Source of the DNA: Gammaproteobacteria bacterium
GTDB lineage: Bacteria > Pseudomonadota > Gammaproteobacteria > Pseudomonadales > Azotimanducaceae
Length of the DNA stretch: 64,000 bases
Assembly (NCBI GenBank): GCA_030828335.1
Contig: JAURCQ010000001.1
Coordinates: 1,492 to 65,491, forward strand
Direction of reading: 5' to 3'
In this document: positions 10,293-21,344 of the stretch, one piece after another
Layout: every line of letters starts with the position of its first letter
Numbering within the stretch: position 1 is the first letter of the stretch
Translations under genes and position numbers: made by a program
Notes under the pieces: model-generated
Told to the model about the DNA's origin: nothing
The model's database searches: none
Seen by the model: the letters and a program-made list of their open reading frames with translations, nothing else

Positions 10293-11738
10293 ATGCTCAC
10301 CCAAATCCTAGCCCAGCCTCTGCGGCGCCCGCTGCAGCGCTGGATGGCCCTTCTTTTGACGGCGTTCATGCTGAGCGCGCCCCTGGCCCAGAGCGCGGCG
10401 CTCCCCGATTTCACGGAACTGGTCAAGGAACAGTCCCCCGCGGTGGTCAACATTTCCACCGTGTCCCGAGCGGAGGCCTCCGGTCACCCGGGGCTGCCGC
10501 CGGGCATGGATCCGGAGCAGCTTCCAGACATCTTCCGCCATTTCTTCCGCGGTATGCCCGAGGGGCCCAGCCAGCGGGAGCGGCGCTCCCTTGGCTCGGG
10601 CTTCATCATTTCCGAGGATGGCTACGTGGTCACCAATAACCACGTGGTGGAAGGGGCCGACGAAATCTTCGTTCGCCTTCAAGATCGGCGGGAGTTTGAG
10701 GCCACCCTCGTGGGCCGGGATCCGCGCTCCGATCTTGCGCTTTTGCAGATCGATGCGGAGGATTTGCCGACCGTTACCCTGGGCGCCTCGAAGGACCTTG
10801 AGGTGGGGGAATGGGTGCTGGCCATTGGCTCCCCCTTCGGTTTCGACTATTCCGTGACCGCAGGCATCGTGAGCGCCAAGGAGCGCTCCCTCCCCGATCG
10901 CAATAACGAAAACTACGTGCCCTTCATCCAGACCGATGTGGCCATCAATCCGGGCAATAGCGGCGGCCCGCTCTTTGATTTAGACGGTCGGGTGGTTGGC
11001 ATTAACTCCCAGATCTACACCCGGTCCGGGGGCTTCATGGGGCTGTCCTTTGCCATTCCTATCGACGTCGCCATGAACGTGGTGAAGCAGCTTCGGGAAG
11101 ATGGGTCGGTCGCCCGTGGGTGGCTTGGGGTCATGATTCAGGACGTGAGCCGGGATCTGGCCGAATCCTTTGGTCTGCCCCGTCCCGCCGGCGCCCTGGT
11201 CGCCCAAGTGGTCCCGGACTCCCCCGCCGAGGCGGCGGGGCTCCAGCCCGGGGACGTCATCGTGCGCTTTGCCGGGGAGTCCATTGAGCGAAGCGGAGAC
11301 CTCCCCCACGTGGTGGGCCTGTTGGAGCCCGACTCAGAAGCCGAGGTGGAGCTCATTCGAGCTGGCGTACGGGAGCGCCTCACGGTGACCATTGGCGCCC
11401 TGGCGGACCCCGGGGAAAGGGTCGCCGCGGGAAAGGCGGCGTCCCCCAAGGACGATGATCGCCTGGGCTTGACCCTCGAGCCGCTGACCGACGCCTTGAA
11501 GGAGCGACTGCAGGTTGAGACAGGGGTCGTGGTGCGTGCCGTGGCCGAGGGGCCGGCGGCGGAGGCGGGTCTACGCCCGGGAGACGTCATCACACGGCTG
11601 AATAACGTGCCCATTGCCTCCCTAGGGGACTTTCAGGAAGCGGCGCAAAACCTCCCCGCCGGGCGCTCCGTGCCCATCCTGGTGGTGCGCCGCGGCGTTC
11701 CCGTTTTCCTCGCTCTGCCCCTTCCCCAGGACAATTAA
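10293..11738 (+). CDS. degP: Periplasmic serine endoprotease DegP/MucD (HtrA family, two PDZ domains)
   Basis: Catalytic triad contexts TNNHVV, DLALLQ and GNSGGPL, plus two PDZ-like repeats (GLQPGDVIV..., GLRPGDVITRLNN). An AAGGAG RBS precedes the ATG at 10293. Confidence 0.9.
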   Translation: MLTQILAQPLRRPLQRWMALLLTAFMLSAPLAQSAALPDFTELVKEQSPAVVNISTVSRAEASGHPGLPPGMDPEQLPDIFRHFFRGMPEGPSQRERRSLGSGFIISEDGYVVTNNHVVEGADEIFVRLQDRREFEATLVGRDPRSDLALLQIDAEDLPTVTLGASKDLEVGEWVLAIGSPFGFDYSVTAGIVSAKERSLPDRNNENYVPFIQTDVAINPGNSGGPLFDLDGRVVGINSQIYTRSGGFMGLSFAIPIDVAMNVVKQLREDGSVARGWLGVMIQDVSRDLAESFGLPRPAGALVAQVVPDSPAEAAGLQPGDVIVRFAGESIERSGDLPHVVGLLEPDSEAEVELIRAGVRERLTVTIGALADPGERVAAGKAASPKDDDRLGLTLEPLTDALKERLQVETGVVVRAVAEGPAAEAGLRPGDVITRLNNVPIASLGDFQEAAQNLPAGRSVPILVVRRGVPVFLALPLPQDN

Positions 11739-11888
11739 GGCGGGGGTAGGGCGACCCGCTCTGGTGTACACTTCGCTCCCCGTCGGGCGCTTCCTCAAGG
11801 ATGCGCCCCTTCGGGCTGGCTTTCGGGGAGCGCAGCGCGCCTCGCCCCGGAAGATTCACAGCGCGGGCGCAGCGTAAGAGGACCCCCA

Positions 11889-13685
11889 GTGACAGATCTG
11901 TCGCACTTACGAAATTTTTCCATCATCGCCCACATCGACCACGGTAAGTCGACCCTGTCCGATCGCCTTATCCAGGTTTGCGGGGGGCTCAGTGATCGGG
12001 AAATGGCCGAGCAGGTGCTCGACTCCATGGAACTGGAGCGAGAGCGGGGGATCACCATCAAGGCCCAGAGCGTTACTCTCCATTACGACGCAGCGGACGG
12101 CCGACGCTACCAGCTGAATTTCATCGACACGCCGGGGCACGTGGACTTTTCCTACGAGGTATCGCGCTCCCTCTACGCCTGCGAAGGGGCCCTCCTGGTA
12201 GTGGATGCGGGGCAGGGGGTAGAAGCCCAGTCCGTGGCGAACTGCTACACGGCCCTCGATCAGGGGCTCGAAGTGGTCCCGGTGCTGAACAAAATGGATC
12301 TGCCGCAGGCGGACCCGGAGCGGGTAAAGCTGCAGATCGAAGAAATTATCGGCATCGATGCCTCCGATGCCATTCCCGTGAGCGCAAAGTCGGGCATGGG
12401 CATCGATGTGCTCCTCGAGGCGCTTATTGCGCGCATTCCGCCCCCCACGGGGGAGATAGACGGCCCCTTGCAAGCTCTCATCATCGATTCCTGGTTCGAC
12501 AACTATCAGGGCGTGGTATCCCTCGTGCGGGTTACCCAGGGCACGATCAAGAAGGGCGATCGGGTCATGGCGCGGTCCATCGGCAAGGTGCACCAGGTCG
12601 ATCAGGTGGGCTGCTTCACGCCGAAGCAAACCCCGAAGGACGGGCTCCGGGCCGGGGAAGTGGGCTACGTGATCGCGGGCATCAAGGACGTTCGGGGTGC
12701 GCCGGTGGGGGACACGCTGGTGCTCGAACGCTCCGATGCGCCGGCCCTTCCGGGCTTTGAGAAGGTGAAACCCCAGGTCTTTGCGGGGCTTTTCCCCGTG
12801 AACGCCGATGATTTTGAAGATTTTCGCGATGCTCTGGAAAAGCTCACGCTGAACGACGCGAGCCTGTTCTACGAACCGGAAACCTCCGATGCCCTTGGGT
12901 TTGGGTTTCGCTGCGGATTTCTGGGCATGCTCCACATGGAGATTATCCAGGAGCGCCTCGAGCGGGAGTACGACCTCGATCTCATCACCACGGCCCCTTC
13001 CGTGGTCTACGAGGTGCTGCTGAAGAATCAAGAAACCCTCTATATCGACAATCCTTCAGCGCTGCCCGATCCCTCCCGCATTGAGGAGATTCGCGAGCCC
13101 ATCGTGCGCGCCAATATCCTCGTGCCCCAGGAGCACGTCGGGGCCGTCATGACCCTCTGCCAGGAGCGGCGCGGGTTGCAAGTGGACATGCAGTTCCTCG
13201 GGGGGCAGGTTTCCCTCGTTTACGATTTGCCCATGGGAGAGGTGGTGCTAGATCTCTTCGACCGCCTAAAGTCGGCCACCCGCGGCTTTGCCTCCCTCGA
13301 GTATGGCTTTGACCGCTTCGAGGCGGCCTCCGTGCAGCGGCTCGATGTGTTGATTAACGGTGAGCCCGTGGATGCCCTAGCCCTCATCGTGCACAAGCAA
13401 AATTCGGCCTACAAGGGGCGAGATCTCGTGGAGAAGATGCGCGAGCTCATCCCCCGTCAGATGTACGATGTGGCCATTCAGGCGGCCGTGGGCTCTAAGA
13501 TCGTGGCCCGCTCGAACGTCAAAGCGCTCCGGAAAGATGTGACGGCCAAGTGCTACGGTGGGGACGTTTCCCGGAAGCGCAAGCTCCTAGAAAAGCAGAA
13601 AGCGGGGAAGAAGCGCATGAAGCAGGTCGGGCGCGTGGAGATCCCCCAAGAGGCCTTCCTGGCGGTGCTCCAGGTCGGGAAATAA
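11889..13685 (+). CDS. lepA: Elongation factor 4 (LepA)
   Basis: G motifs [20 protein letters not shown] and NKMD, and a C-terminal LepA tail ...[25 protein letters not shown] start. Confidence 0.95.
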   Translation: MTDLSHLRNFSIIAHIDHGKSTLSDRLIQVCGGLSDREMAEQVLDSMELERERGITIKAQSVTLHYDAADGRRYQLNFIDTPGHVDFSYEVSRSLYACEGALLVVDAGQGVEAQSVANCYTALDQGLEVVPVLNKMDLPQADPERVKLQIEEIIGIDASDAIPVSAKSGMGIDVLLEALIARIPPPTGEIDGPLQALIIDSWFDNYQGVVSLVRVTQGTIKKGDRVMARSIGKVHQVDQVGCFTPKQTPKDGLRAGEVGYVIAGIKDVRGAPVGDTLVLERSDAPALPGFEKVKPQVFAGLFPVNADDFEDFRDALEKLTLNDASLFYEPETSDALGFGFRCGFLGMLHMEIIQERLEREYDLDLITTAPSVVYEVLLKNQETLYIDNPSALPDPSRIEEIREPIVRANILVPQEHVGAVMTLCQERRGLQVDMQFLGGQVSLVYDLPMGEVVLDLFDRLKSATRGFASLEYGFDRFEAASVQRLDVLINGEPVDALALIVHKQNSAYKGRDLVEKMRELIPRQMYDVAIQAAVGSKIVARSNVKALRKDVTAKCYGGDVSRKRKLLEKQKAGKKRMKQVGRVEIPQEAFLAVLQVGK

Positions 13686-13688
13686 GCG

Positions 13689-14510
13689 ATGAGCGATCTG
13701 TTGAACTATCTGCCCCTGTTCCTGGTCCTGGCGACTTTGGTTACCGGGGTGCTTTGGGGCCACGATCGTCTTCGGCGTCGCCCCCAGCGATTGGCGGCAG
13801 CGGCTGCCCTGGACGAACGCACCCCTGCGGCGGCTCGGGGGCCGGCCTACGAGAAGGCTCGCACCGCGCTTCTGGCCGACCCCCCGGCCATGGAATGGGG
13901 CGGCAGCTTTTTCCCCCTCCTGGCCGTGGTTCTGGTGGTGCGTAGCTTTCTCTTTGAACCCTTCGTCATTCCCTCGGGCTCCATGCTGCCGACCCTGGAA
14001 GTCGGGGACTATATCCTCGTGAATAAGTATCGCTATGGGCTGCGCTTGCCCGTGCTCGGGACCAAGGTCCTGAGCCTCGGAGCACCGGAGCGAGGCGATG
14101 TCATGGTGTTTTATCCCCCCCATCTCGATGTTTACTACATCAAGCGTGTGGTGGGCCTGCCCGGGGATTTCATCCGCTACGACAACCGCACGCTTTTCAT
14201 CAATGGAGAACGCGTTCCCTTAGAAGAGCAGGGCATCGGGCCCGATGGGCTCGAGCGTTTTATGGAAACTCTTGGCCCCGTGACCCACGAAATTCAGTAC
14301 GAACCAGGCCGCGGGCGCAACGTACAGGAGTGGCGCGTGCCCGCGGACGCCTATTTGGTGTTCGGCGATAACCGAGACCGCAGTGCCGATTCGCGCAGCT
14401 GGGGCTATGTCCCGGAGGCCAACGTGATCGGGCAAGCGGTGGCGATCTGGATGCACAAGGCGCCGGGCTTGGCCCTTCCCCGCTTCTACCGCAACGGAAT
14501 CATTGAGTGA
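13689..14510 (+). CDS. lepB: Signal peptidase I
   Basis: Catalytic boxes IPSGSMLPTL, YIKRVVGLPGD and GDNRDRSADSR. Confidence 0.9.
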   Translation: MSDLLNYLPLFLVLATLVTGVLWGHDRLRRRPQRLAAAAALDERTPAAARGPAYEKARTALLADPPAMEWGGSFFPLLAVVLVVRSFLFEPFVIPSGSMLPTLEVGDYILVNKYRYGLRLPVLGTKVLSLGAPERGDVMVFYPPHLDVYYIKRVVGLPGDFIRYDNRTLFINGERVPLEEQGIGPDGLERFMETLGPVTHEIQYEPGRGRNVQEWRVPADAYLVFGDNRDRSADSRSWGYVPEANVIGQAVAIWMHKAPGLALPRFYRNGIIE

Positions 14511-15208
14511 CGCCGGAAGCGCAGCGGATGGCGACGGAGGCGTTGCAGCAGCGCCTCGGCTATCGCTTCACGGACTCCGCCCTTTTGCTTCGGGCCCTCA
14601 CCCATCGCAGCGTGGTGGGACAGGGCAGCTACGAGCGTCTTGAGTTTCTTGGCGATGCTTTTTTGGGTTACGTCATCGGCCGGGAACTCTATGTGCGCCA
14701 TCCCGAAGCCGCGGAAAGCGCCCTCACCTTGATGCGGGCTAAGCTCGTGAAAAAGGGCGCCCTGGCGGCCCACGCCAAGGCCCTGGAACTGGCCCCCACC
14801 CTTCGGCTTGGCCCGGGCGAGCAAAAAAGTGGAGGGCATCGCCGCGATTCCATCCTGGCCGATGTGGTGGAGGCGCTCCTCGGCGCCGTGCTCCTTGATG
14901 GGGGGGCGGCGGCCGCGGAGGCGCTCGTGCTCCGCCTCTATGGGACGCAGCTTGCGGAAAGCACCCCGGAGGCTGCACAAAAGGATCCGAAAACCCAGCT
15001 TCAGGAGTGGCTCCAGGGCCGCGGCCATCCCTTGCCCCAGTACGAGGTGGAAGCGGTCCTGGGGGAAGATCACGCCCAGGCTTTTGTGGTGCGCTGTGAA
15101 GTGGCTGCGCCTCCGGGGACCTTTCACGGGGAAGGGGGGTCGCGCCGGAGCGCAGAGCAGGCAGCGGCGGCCCAAGCCCTCCAGGCCCTTCGAGGAGAGC
15201 GCCCATGA
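14507..15208 (+). CDS. rnc: Ribonuclease III
   Basis: LGYRF...ALTHRS and the RNase III signature ERLEFLGDAFL, with a dsRBD at the C-terminus. The GTG at 14507 overlaps the lepB stop. The ATG at 14528 is an alternative start. Confidence 0.9.
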   Translation: MTPEAQRMATEALQQRLGYRFTDSALLLRALTHRSVVGQGSYERLEFLGDAFLGYVIGRELYVRHPEAAESALTLMRAKLVKKGALAAHAKALELAPTLRLGPGEQKSGGHRRDSILADVVEALLGAVLLDGGAAAAEALVLRLYGTQLAESTPEAAQKDPKTQLQEWLQGRGHPLPQYEVEAVLGEDHAQAFVVRCEVAAPPGTFHGEGGSRRSAEQAAAAQALQALRGERP

Positions 15209-16104
15209 GCGAAACGCGCTGCGGAACCCTCGCCCTCGTGGGCCGGCCTAATGTTGGAAAGTCGACGCTCTTAAATGCGCTCCTAGAGGAGCGGCTCGTG
15301 ATCACTGCGGATCGCCCGCAGACCACCCGCCACGCGATCCTCGGCATCCGCACGGACGGCGACGATCAGCTGCTCTTCGTGGATACGCCGGGGCTTCATG
15401 ACGGCGGCCGGCGCGCCCTAAACCGAAGCATGAACCGGGCGGCCCGGGGCGCCCTCTTTGATGTGGATATCGTGGTGATGGTCGTGGAGGCCGGCCGCTG
15501 GGGCCCCGCGGACGACTACGTGCTCGAGCAGGTAAAGCAAGCTCGGGGCATTCCCGTGCTCGCGATTAATAAAATCGACGCCCTGCCCAAGCGGGAGGCG
15601 TTGCTGCCCTACCTCGCTCAGGCGGCGGCTCGCCACGACTGGGCAGACCTCGTGCCCATCATGGCCCGCCGGGGGGAGAACGTGCCGCGCCTGCTCTCCG
15701 TGCTTCGGGGCCACTTGCCCCCGGGGCCTCACCATTACGAGGCCGATGCCCTCACCGATCGCTCCGAGCGCTTCCTGGTGGCGGAACTGATCCGGGAGAA
15801 GCTGACGCGCCGCTTGGGCGACGAACTGCCCCACCAGCTGTCCGTGGAAGTTGAGCGCTGGCGAGAGGGGCCCGATAAGCGAGAGATTCACGGTGCGATC
15901 TGGGTGGAGCGGCCGGGGCAGCGGGCCATCATCCTGGGCCACCAGGGGTCGCGCATTAAGGAAGTCGGCATCGAGGCGCGCCAGGAGATCGAGCGTCGCT
16001 TCGGGCGCCCGGTGCGGCTCGAGCTTTGGGTTAAGGTGCGCTCTGGCTGGACCGACGACCTCCGCGCCCTGCGCCAATTGGGTTATGACAGCGAGCAGGG
16101 TTGA
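15205..16104 (+). CDS. era: GTPase Era
   Basis: GRPNVGKSTLLN, DTPG, NKID and a KH domain at the C-terminus. ATGA overlap with rnc. Confidence 0.9.
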   Translation: MSETRCGTLALVGRPNVGKSTLLNALLEERLVITADRPQTTRHAILGIRTDGDDQLLFVDTPGLHDGGRRALNRSMNRAARGALFDVDIVVMVVEAGRWGPADDYVLEQVKQARGIPVLAINKIDALPKREALLPYLAQAAARHDWADLVPIMARRGENVPRLLSVLRGHLPPGPHHYEADALTDRSERFLVAELIREKLTRRLGDELPHQLSVEVERWREGPDKREIHGAIWVERPGQRAIILGHQGSRIKEVGIEARQEIERRFGRPVRLELWVKVRSGWTDDLRALRQLGYDSEQG

Positions 16105-16793
16105 TGGCGAGCCCGTGGACGCCGGCCTACGTCCTCCATCAGCGGCCCTTTCGCGATCAAAGCGTGGTTCTTGAGCTGCTCACCCAGGACGGAGGACGCT
16201 TAGGCGCGGTCTACCATCGCGGTCGCGGTCGGAAGGCGCCGCCCCTGGCCTTCGTCCCCGGGGAGTGGCAACTCTCGGGCCGCGGCGATCTGCGCACGGC
16301 CTACGGATTTCAAAGCGGTCCAGGGCAACCCCTGACCGGTCAGGGGCTCTTCGCAGGCCTCTACATGAACGAACTGCTGCTTCGCCTCTTTCCCCGGGAG
16401 GCCCCGGCGGAGGGGCTCTTCGAGGCCTATGGGGAGGCGCTGGAGGCGCTCCGCCTGGCACCGCTGGCGGAGCCGGTGATTCTGCGCCGCTTTGAGTGGG
16501 CGTGCCTTGAGGCCCTGGGCCTGGCCTTTTCCCTGATGGAGGATAGGGGCGGCCAAGCGCTGCGTCCGGGCGGCGCTTATCGCTTCGAGCCGGGGGTGGG
16601 GCTGCTGGCTGCGGCGCCGGGGCAAGGATGGGCGGGGGCGGAATTGCTCTCGTTGGCGGAGGGCGATTTCTCGACGCCGGCCCTCCGGACCCTGGCCCGG
16701 GCGCTCTTTTCCGCGGCCCTTGCGCCGGCCCTTGGAGGGCGACCCCTCCAGGGTGCGCGCTTTCTCTCCGATCCCGATGGAGGTTTGAGCTAG
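16104..16793 (+). CDS. recO: DNA repair protein RecO
   Basis: N-terminus AYVLHQRPFRDQSVVLELLT is typical of the RecO OB-fold, and the gene holds the conserved position after era. The ATG at 16104 overlaps the era stop (TGATG); the track's 16101 start is TTG. Confidence 0.8.
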   Translation: MASPWTPAYVLHQRPFRDQSVVLELLTQDGGRLGAVYHRGRGRKAPPLAFVPGEWQLSGRGDLRTAYGFQSGPGQPLTGQGLFAGLYMNELLLRLFPREAPAEGLFEAYGEALEALRLAPLAEPVILRRFEWACLEALGLAFSLMEDRGGQALRPGGAYRFEPGVGLLAAAPGQGWAGAELLSLAEGDFSTPALRTLARALFSAALAPALGGRPLQGARFLSDPDGGLS

Positions 16794-18122
16794 ATGGCTC
16801 GAAAACGCTTTGCCAGTGATCAATGGGTGACCGTGGAGTCGCTCAATGACGAGGGGCAGGGGCTGGCTCAGGTTGACGGCTACGCTCTGGAGATTGCTAA
16901 CGCGCTCCCCGGCGAGGCGGTGCGGGTGGCCGTGCTCAAGCGCCGTGGGCGCACCCTGCGCTGCCTTGCGCTTGCGGTCCAGAAAGGCCATCCGGATCGC
17001 ATCCCTGCGCTCTGTCCGCAGGCTGGACGATGCGGCGGATGTAGCCAGCAACACCTCACTCCGGAACTCCAGCGGAGCGCGAAGCAGGCGGCCCTGGCGG
17101 CCCTCTATGAGGCGGCGGGGGTCGAGCCCCCGGCGCGCTGGCTGGCGCCGCTCCTGGGCCCGGAATGGGGGTATCGACGAAAGGCTCGCCTTGGGGTGCG
17201 CTATCGCCCCCGGGAAGGAGATGTGTTGGTGGGCTTCCGGGAGCGTGGGGGTTGGGTCTCAAAGGCCTCGAGTTGCCCCGTGCTGGCGCCGCCCTTCGCG
17301 ACGCTCCTGGGGCCGCTCAAGGTCCTCATCCGGACCCTGTCCATACCTGATCAGATTCCCCAGCTCGAGCTGGCCGCGGGGGATGAGGGTGCTGCCGTGG
17401 TCCTCCGGCACCTCGCGCCCTTCACCGATGAGGACCTGGATCGGCTGCGAGGCTTTGCCGAGGCCCAAGGGCTCACGCTGTATTTGCAGGCGGGGGGGCC
17501 GGACACGGTGACCCCCTTGGTCCCCGCGGTGCCCCCACCGCTGACCTATGCCCTTCCGGAATTCAAGCTGACGTTCGCTTTTGAGCCTCTCGATTTCACC
17601 CAGGTGAACAGCGAGATCAATCAGAAGATGGTGACGCAGGCGCTGGGGCTCCTGGCGCCGACTCCGGGCATGAAGGTGCTCGATTTATTCTGCGGGCTGG
17701 GCAACTTTACGCTGCCGCTCGCCCGCCTTGGAGCCGACGTACGGGGCTTTGAGGGCAGTGAAGCGCTGGTGGCTCGGGCGAAGGCGAACGCCGATCGTAA
17801 CGGGTTGGGGGCGGTCCCCTTCGCCGTGGCCGATCTCTATAGTGATGCCTTCGCGGCAAGACACTTGCCTAAGGCCGAGGCGGTGTTGTTAGATCCCCCC
17901 CGCTCCGGCGCCGAGGCCCTATGCGAGGACCTCGCGAGCACGGGCGCGCGCCGGGTGGTGTATGTGTCCTGCAATCCCAAAACGCTAGCGCGAGACGCCG
18001 CTGCGCTGCAGCGCCAGGGGTACCGGCTGGAAGCCAGCGGCATCATGGATATGTTTCCTCATACGAATCACGTTGAGTCCATGGCCCTTTTTATTCAAGC
18101 GGCGCCTCCCTCCGGCGCCTAA
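16794..18122 (+). CDS. rlmD: 23S rRNA (uracil1939-C5)-methyltransferase RlmD (RumA)
   Basis: TRAM-like N-terminus, an Fe-S Cys cluster (CPQAGRCGGCSQQH ... C), SAM-MTase motifs (LDLFCGLGNFTLPLA, DPPRSG) and VYVSCNP. It lies upstream of relA, as in E. coli. Confidence 0.85.
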   Translation: MARKRFASDQWVTVESLNDEGQGLAQVDGYALEIANALPGEAVRVAVLKRRGRTLRCLALAVQKGHPDRIPALCPQAGRCGGCSQQHLTPELQRSAKQAALAALYEAAGVEPPARWLAPLLGPEWGYRRKARLGVRYRPREGDVLVGFRERGGWVSKASSCPVLAPPFATLLGPLKVLIRTLSIPDQIPQLELAAGDEGAAVVLRHLAPFTDEDLDRLRGFAEAQGLTLYLQAGGPDTVTPLVPAVPPPLTYALPEFKLTFAFEPLDFTQVNSEINQKMVTQALGLLAPTPGMKVLDLFCGLGNFTLPLARLGADVRGFEGSEALVARAKANADRNGLGAVPFAVADLYSDAFAARHLPKAEAVLLDPPRSGAEALCEDLASTGARRVVYVSCNPKTLARDAAALQRQGYRLEASGIMDMFPHTNHVESMALFIQAAPPSGA

Positions 18123-18146
18123 GACCGCAGAGACGAGGGACGAGGT

Positions 18147-20396
18147 GTGGTTAAGGTAAAGGATGATCGGCCCCGCACCGAGACCGGTGAGGTGGATGTG
18201 GAGGGCTGGCTGGCCGCCTTCTGCGCTGAGGCCCCGGCGCGTAATCCTGAGCGTTTGCGGGAAGCAGTCCTGCGGGCGCGGCAAGCAGAGCAAGATGCGA
18301 TCGCCGCGAAAAACCTTTGGGCCTCGGGGATCTCCAGCTTCGAGACGGGGCTCGATATGGCGGAAATTCTCGCCGAGCTCCGGGCCGACGAAGACGCCAT
18401 CATCGCCGGCTTGCTTTACCGCGCGGTGCGGGAAAAGAAGCTTGAGCTTGAGGCGGTCGAAGGGGCCTTTGGGCCACGGGTTCGTGGGCTCGTCGACGGC
18501 GTTTTGCGCATGGCGGCGGTCAGCGCCCTGAAGCTGTCCTCTGCGCCGAAGGCCATTGGCTCTCAGGAAACGCAGATCGAGAACGTCCGCAAGATGCTGG
18601 TGGCGCTCATCGATGACGTGCGCGTTGCCCTCATCAAATTGGCCGAACGCACCTGCGCGATTCGAAGCGCGAAGCTCGCGCGTCGGGAGCGGCAACTGCG
18701 CGTGGCCCAGGAAATTGTCGACGTCTATGCCCCCCTGGCCCATCGCCTCGGCATTGGCCAGCTGCGCTGGGAGCTAGAGGACCTGGCCTTCCGCTATCTC
18801 GAACCCGAAGCCTATAAGCGCGTGGCCACGCTCCTGAAGGAACGCCGCAAGGCCCGGGAGAGCTATATCAAGCAGGTCGTGGCGACGCTCACGGAGAAGC
18901 TTGAGAGCTCGGGGATCCATGCCGTGGTCTCGGGGCGGCCGAAGCACATCTATTCCATCTATCGAAAGATGCAGCGGAAAGGTATCGGTTTTGAGGAGAT
19001 GTACGACGTCCGTGCGGTGCGGGTCCTCGTCGACGAGCTCCGCGATTGCTACGGTGCCCTGGGCGTGGTGCATTCCCTGTGGCGCCACATTCCCCGGGAG
19101 TTCGACGATTACATAGCCTCTCCAAAGGAGAACGGCTACCGCTCCATCCACACCGCCGTCGTCGGGCCCGAGGGCTTAACGCTGGAGGTGCAAATCCGTA
19201 CCCAGGAAATGCACGAAGAGGCGGAGCTCGGCGTGTGCGCCCACTGGGCCTATAAGGGCGACACGCTGACTGACGATAGCGCCTACGATCGTAAGGTGAC
19301 CTGGCTGCGCCAGGTGCTTGAGTGGCAGGAGGAGCTCGGAGACCTTGGCTCCCTCGGCGATAGCCTTCGCCGGGAGTTCGACCAGGAGCGCATCTATCTG
19401 CTGACCCCAGAAGGCCACGTGGTCGATCTCGCCCCCGGTGCTACACCGCTCGACTACGCCTACCGTATTCACACGGAAGTGGGTCACCGATGCCGGGCGG
19501 CGCGGGTCGACGGCCGTATCGTCCCCTTAAACACGCCGTTGGAGACGGGGCAGAAGGTGGAAATTCTGACCGGCGACCAGGAAGAGCCGGCGTCGAGCTG
19601 GTTGAACCCCAACCTCGGCTATCTCACGACGCCCCGCGCTCGCGCCAAGGTGCAGGCCTGGTTCCGAGCCCGGGATCGAGCGCGAAACCTTGACGAGGGG
19701 CGTCAGCGGGTCCTTCGGGAACTCACGCGCCTGTCCCTGGATGCGCGCGTGTTGCCTCGCGTGCTGCCATGCCTCGAGCTTGATTCTGAGGACGCGCTTT
19801 TCGGCGCTGTGGCCGTGGGGGAGCTCACCATGGAAGCGGTGCTCGAAGCCGCCCAGGCGGTGGCCGAGCGGGAAGGAGAAGACCTTCAGCTGGATCTTCT
19901 ACCTCAGGCCGCAGAGCCCCTTCGTCCCGACGTGCTGGGGGCCGGCAACCGAGCCGTTACCCTCGCAGACTGCTGCACCCCGGAGGGGCATCACAGCATT
20001 CTCGGGGAGGTTTTTGAGGGTGCGGTGCGCGTGCATCGCCGGGAGTGTCCGCAAATTCTCACCCTGGAGCGGGATGGGTCGGGGAGGCTCATCAAGCTGG
20101 AATGGGGCAGCAGCATTCCCCGTCGCTTCCCCTTTGATATTGAAGTGCGTGCCTACGATCGGGCCGGTTTGCTTTTCGACGTCACGCACGTTTTTGCCCA
20201 GGAGCACATTGATGTGCTCTCGAGCACCACGCGCACCGATCGCTTGGTGTCTACGGCCACCATAGAGCTCACGGTGGAGCTCGATGGCCTTGCCTCTCTC
20301 GGGCGTTTACTTGACCGGATTACTCAGATTCCGAACGTTATTGACGCGCGGAGAGCCCCGCGGGATGGGGTTGGAGCGACGCTTGTCCGGTCCTAG
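18147..20396 (+). CDS. relA: GTP pyrophosphokinase RelA ((p)ppGpp synthetase I)
   Basis: RelA/SpoT synthetase core (GRPKHIYSIYRKMQRK...YRSIHTAV), a TGS region and a C-terminal ACT-like domain, 749 aa in total. Confidence 0.9.
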   Translation: MVKVKDDRPRTETGEVDVEGWLAAFCAEAPARNPERLREAVLRARQAEQDAIAAKNLWASGISSFETGLDMAEILAELRADEDAIIAGLLYRAVREKKLELEAVEGAFGPRVRGLVDGVLRMAAVSALKLSSAPKAIGSQETQIENVRKMLVALIDDVRVALIKLAERTCAIRSAKLARRERQLRVAQEIVDVYAPLAHRLGIGQLRWELEDLAFRYLEPEAYKRVATLLKERRKARESYIKQVVATLTEKLESSGIHAVVSGRPKHIYSIYRKMQRKGIGFEEMYDVRAVRVLVDELRDCYGALGVVHSLWRHIPREFDDYIASPKENGYRSIHTAVVGPEGLTLEVQIRTQEMHEEAELGVCAHWAYKGDTLTDDSAYDRKVTWLRQVLEWQEELGDLGSLGDSLRREFDQERIYLLTPEGHVVDLAPGATPLDYAYRIHTEVGHRCRAARVDGRIVPLNTPLETGQKVEILTGDQEEPASSWLNPNLGYLTTPRARAKVQAWFRARDRARNLDEGRQRVLRELTRLSLDARVLPRVLPCLELDSEDALFGAVAVGELTMEAVLEAAQAVAEREGEDLQLDLLPQAAEPLRPDVLGAGNRAVTLADCCTPEGHHSILGEVFEGAVRVHRRECPQILTLERDGSGRLIKLEWGSSIPRRFPFDIEVRAYDRAGLLFDVTHVFAQEHIDVLSSTTRTDRLVSTATIELTVELDGLASLGRLLDRITQIPNVIDARRAPRDGVGATLVRS

Positions 20397-20471
20397 GGGC
20401 CCGTGTAAGGTTCCCGGTCCCAGTCATTCATGCTTTCTGAAAGAGAGCGCCGCGCAACCCCCCGCGCGTAA

Positions 20472-21149
<678 letters not shown>

Positions 21150-21186
21150 GGTCCTTGCGCTAAGGCTGCAAGCCAGAAGTCTGGAG

Positions 21187-21220
21187 AGCGCGCGTTTCCT
21201 TGGGAAGCGCGCGCTTTTTT
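21187..21220 (+). terminator. Rho-independent terminator downstream of adk
   Basis: agcgcgcgtttcc-ttg-ggaagcgcgcgct forms a 13-bp stem with one G-U pair, followed by a run of T residues. Confidence 0.75.
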
Positions 21221-21344
21221 GTGCGTTCTTATAAAGTGGGTGAGGGATCCCGGTGGTAAGGATGAAATTTAAGCAGGGTCCTCGTATGATGCGCGGCAGT
21301 TTTGCGGACATCCGCCTTTTTTGAAGCAACCGAAGGAGCATCCC

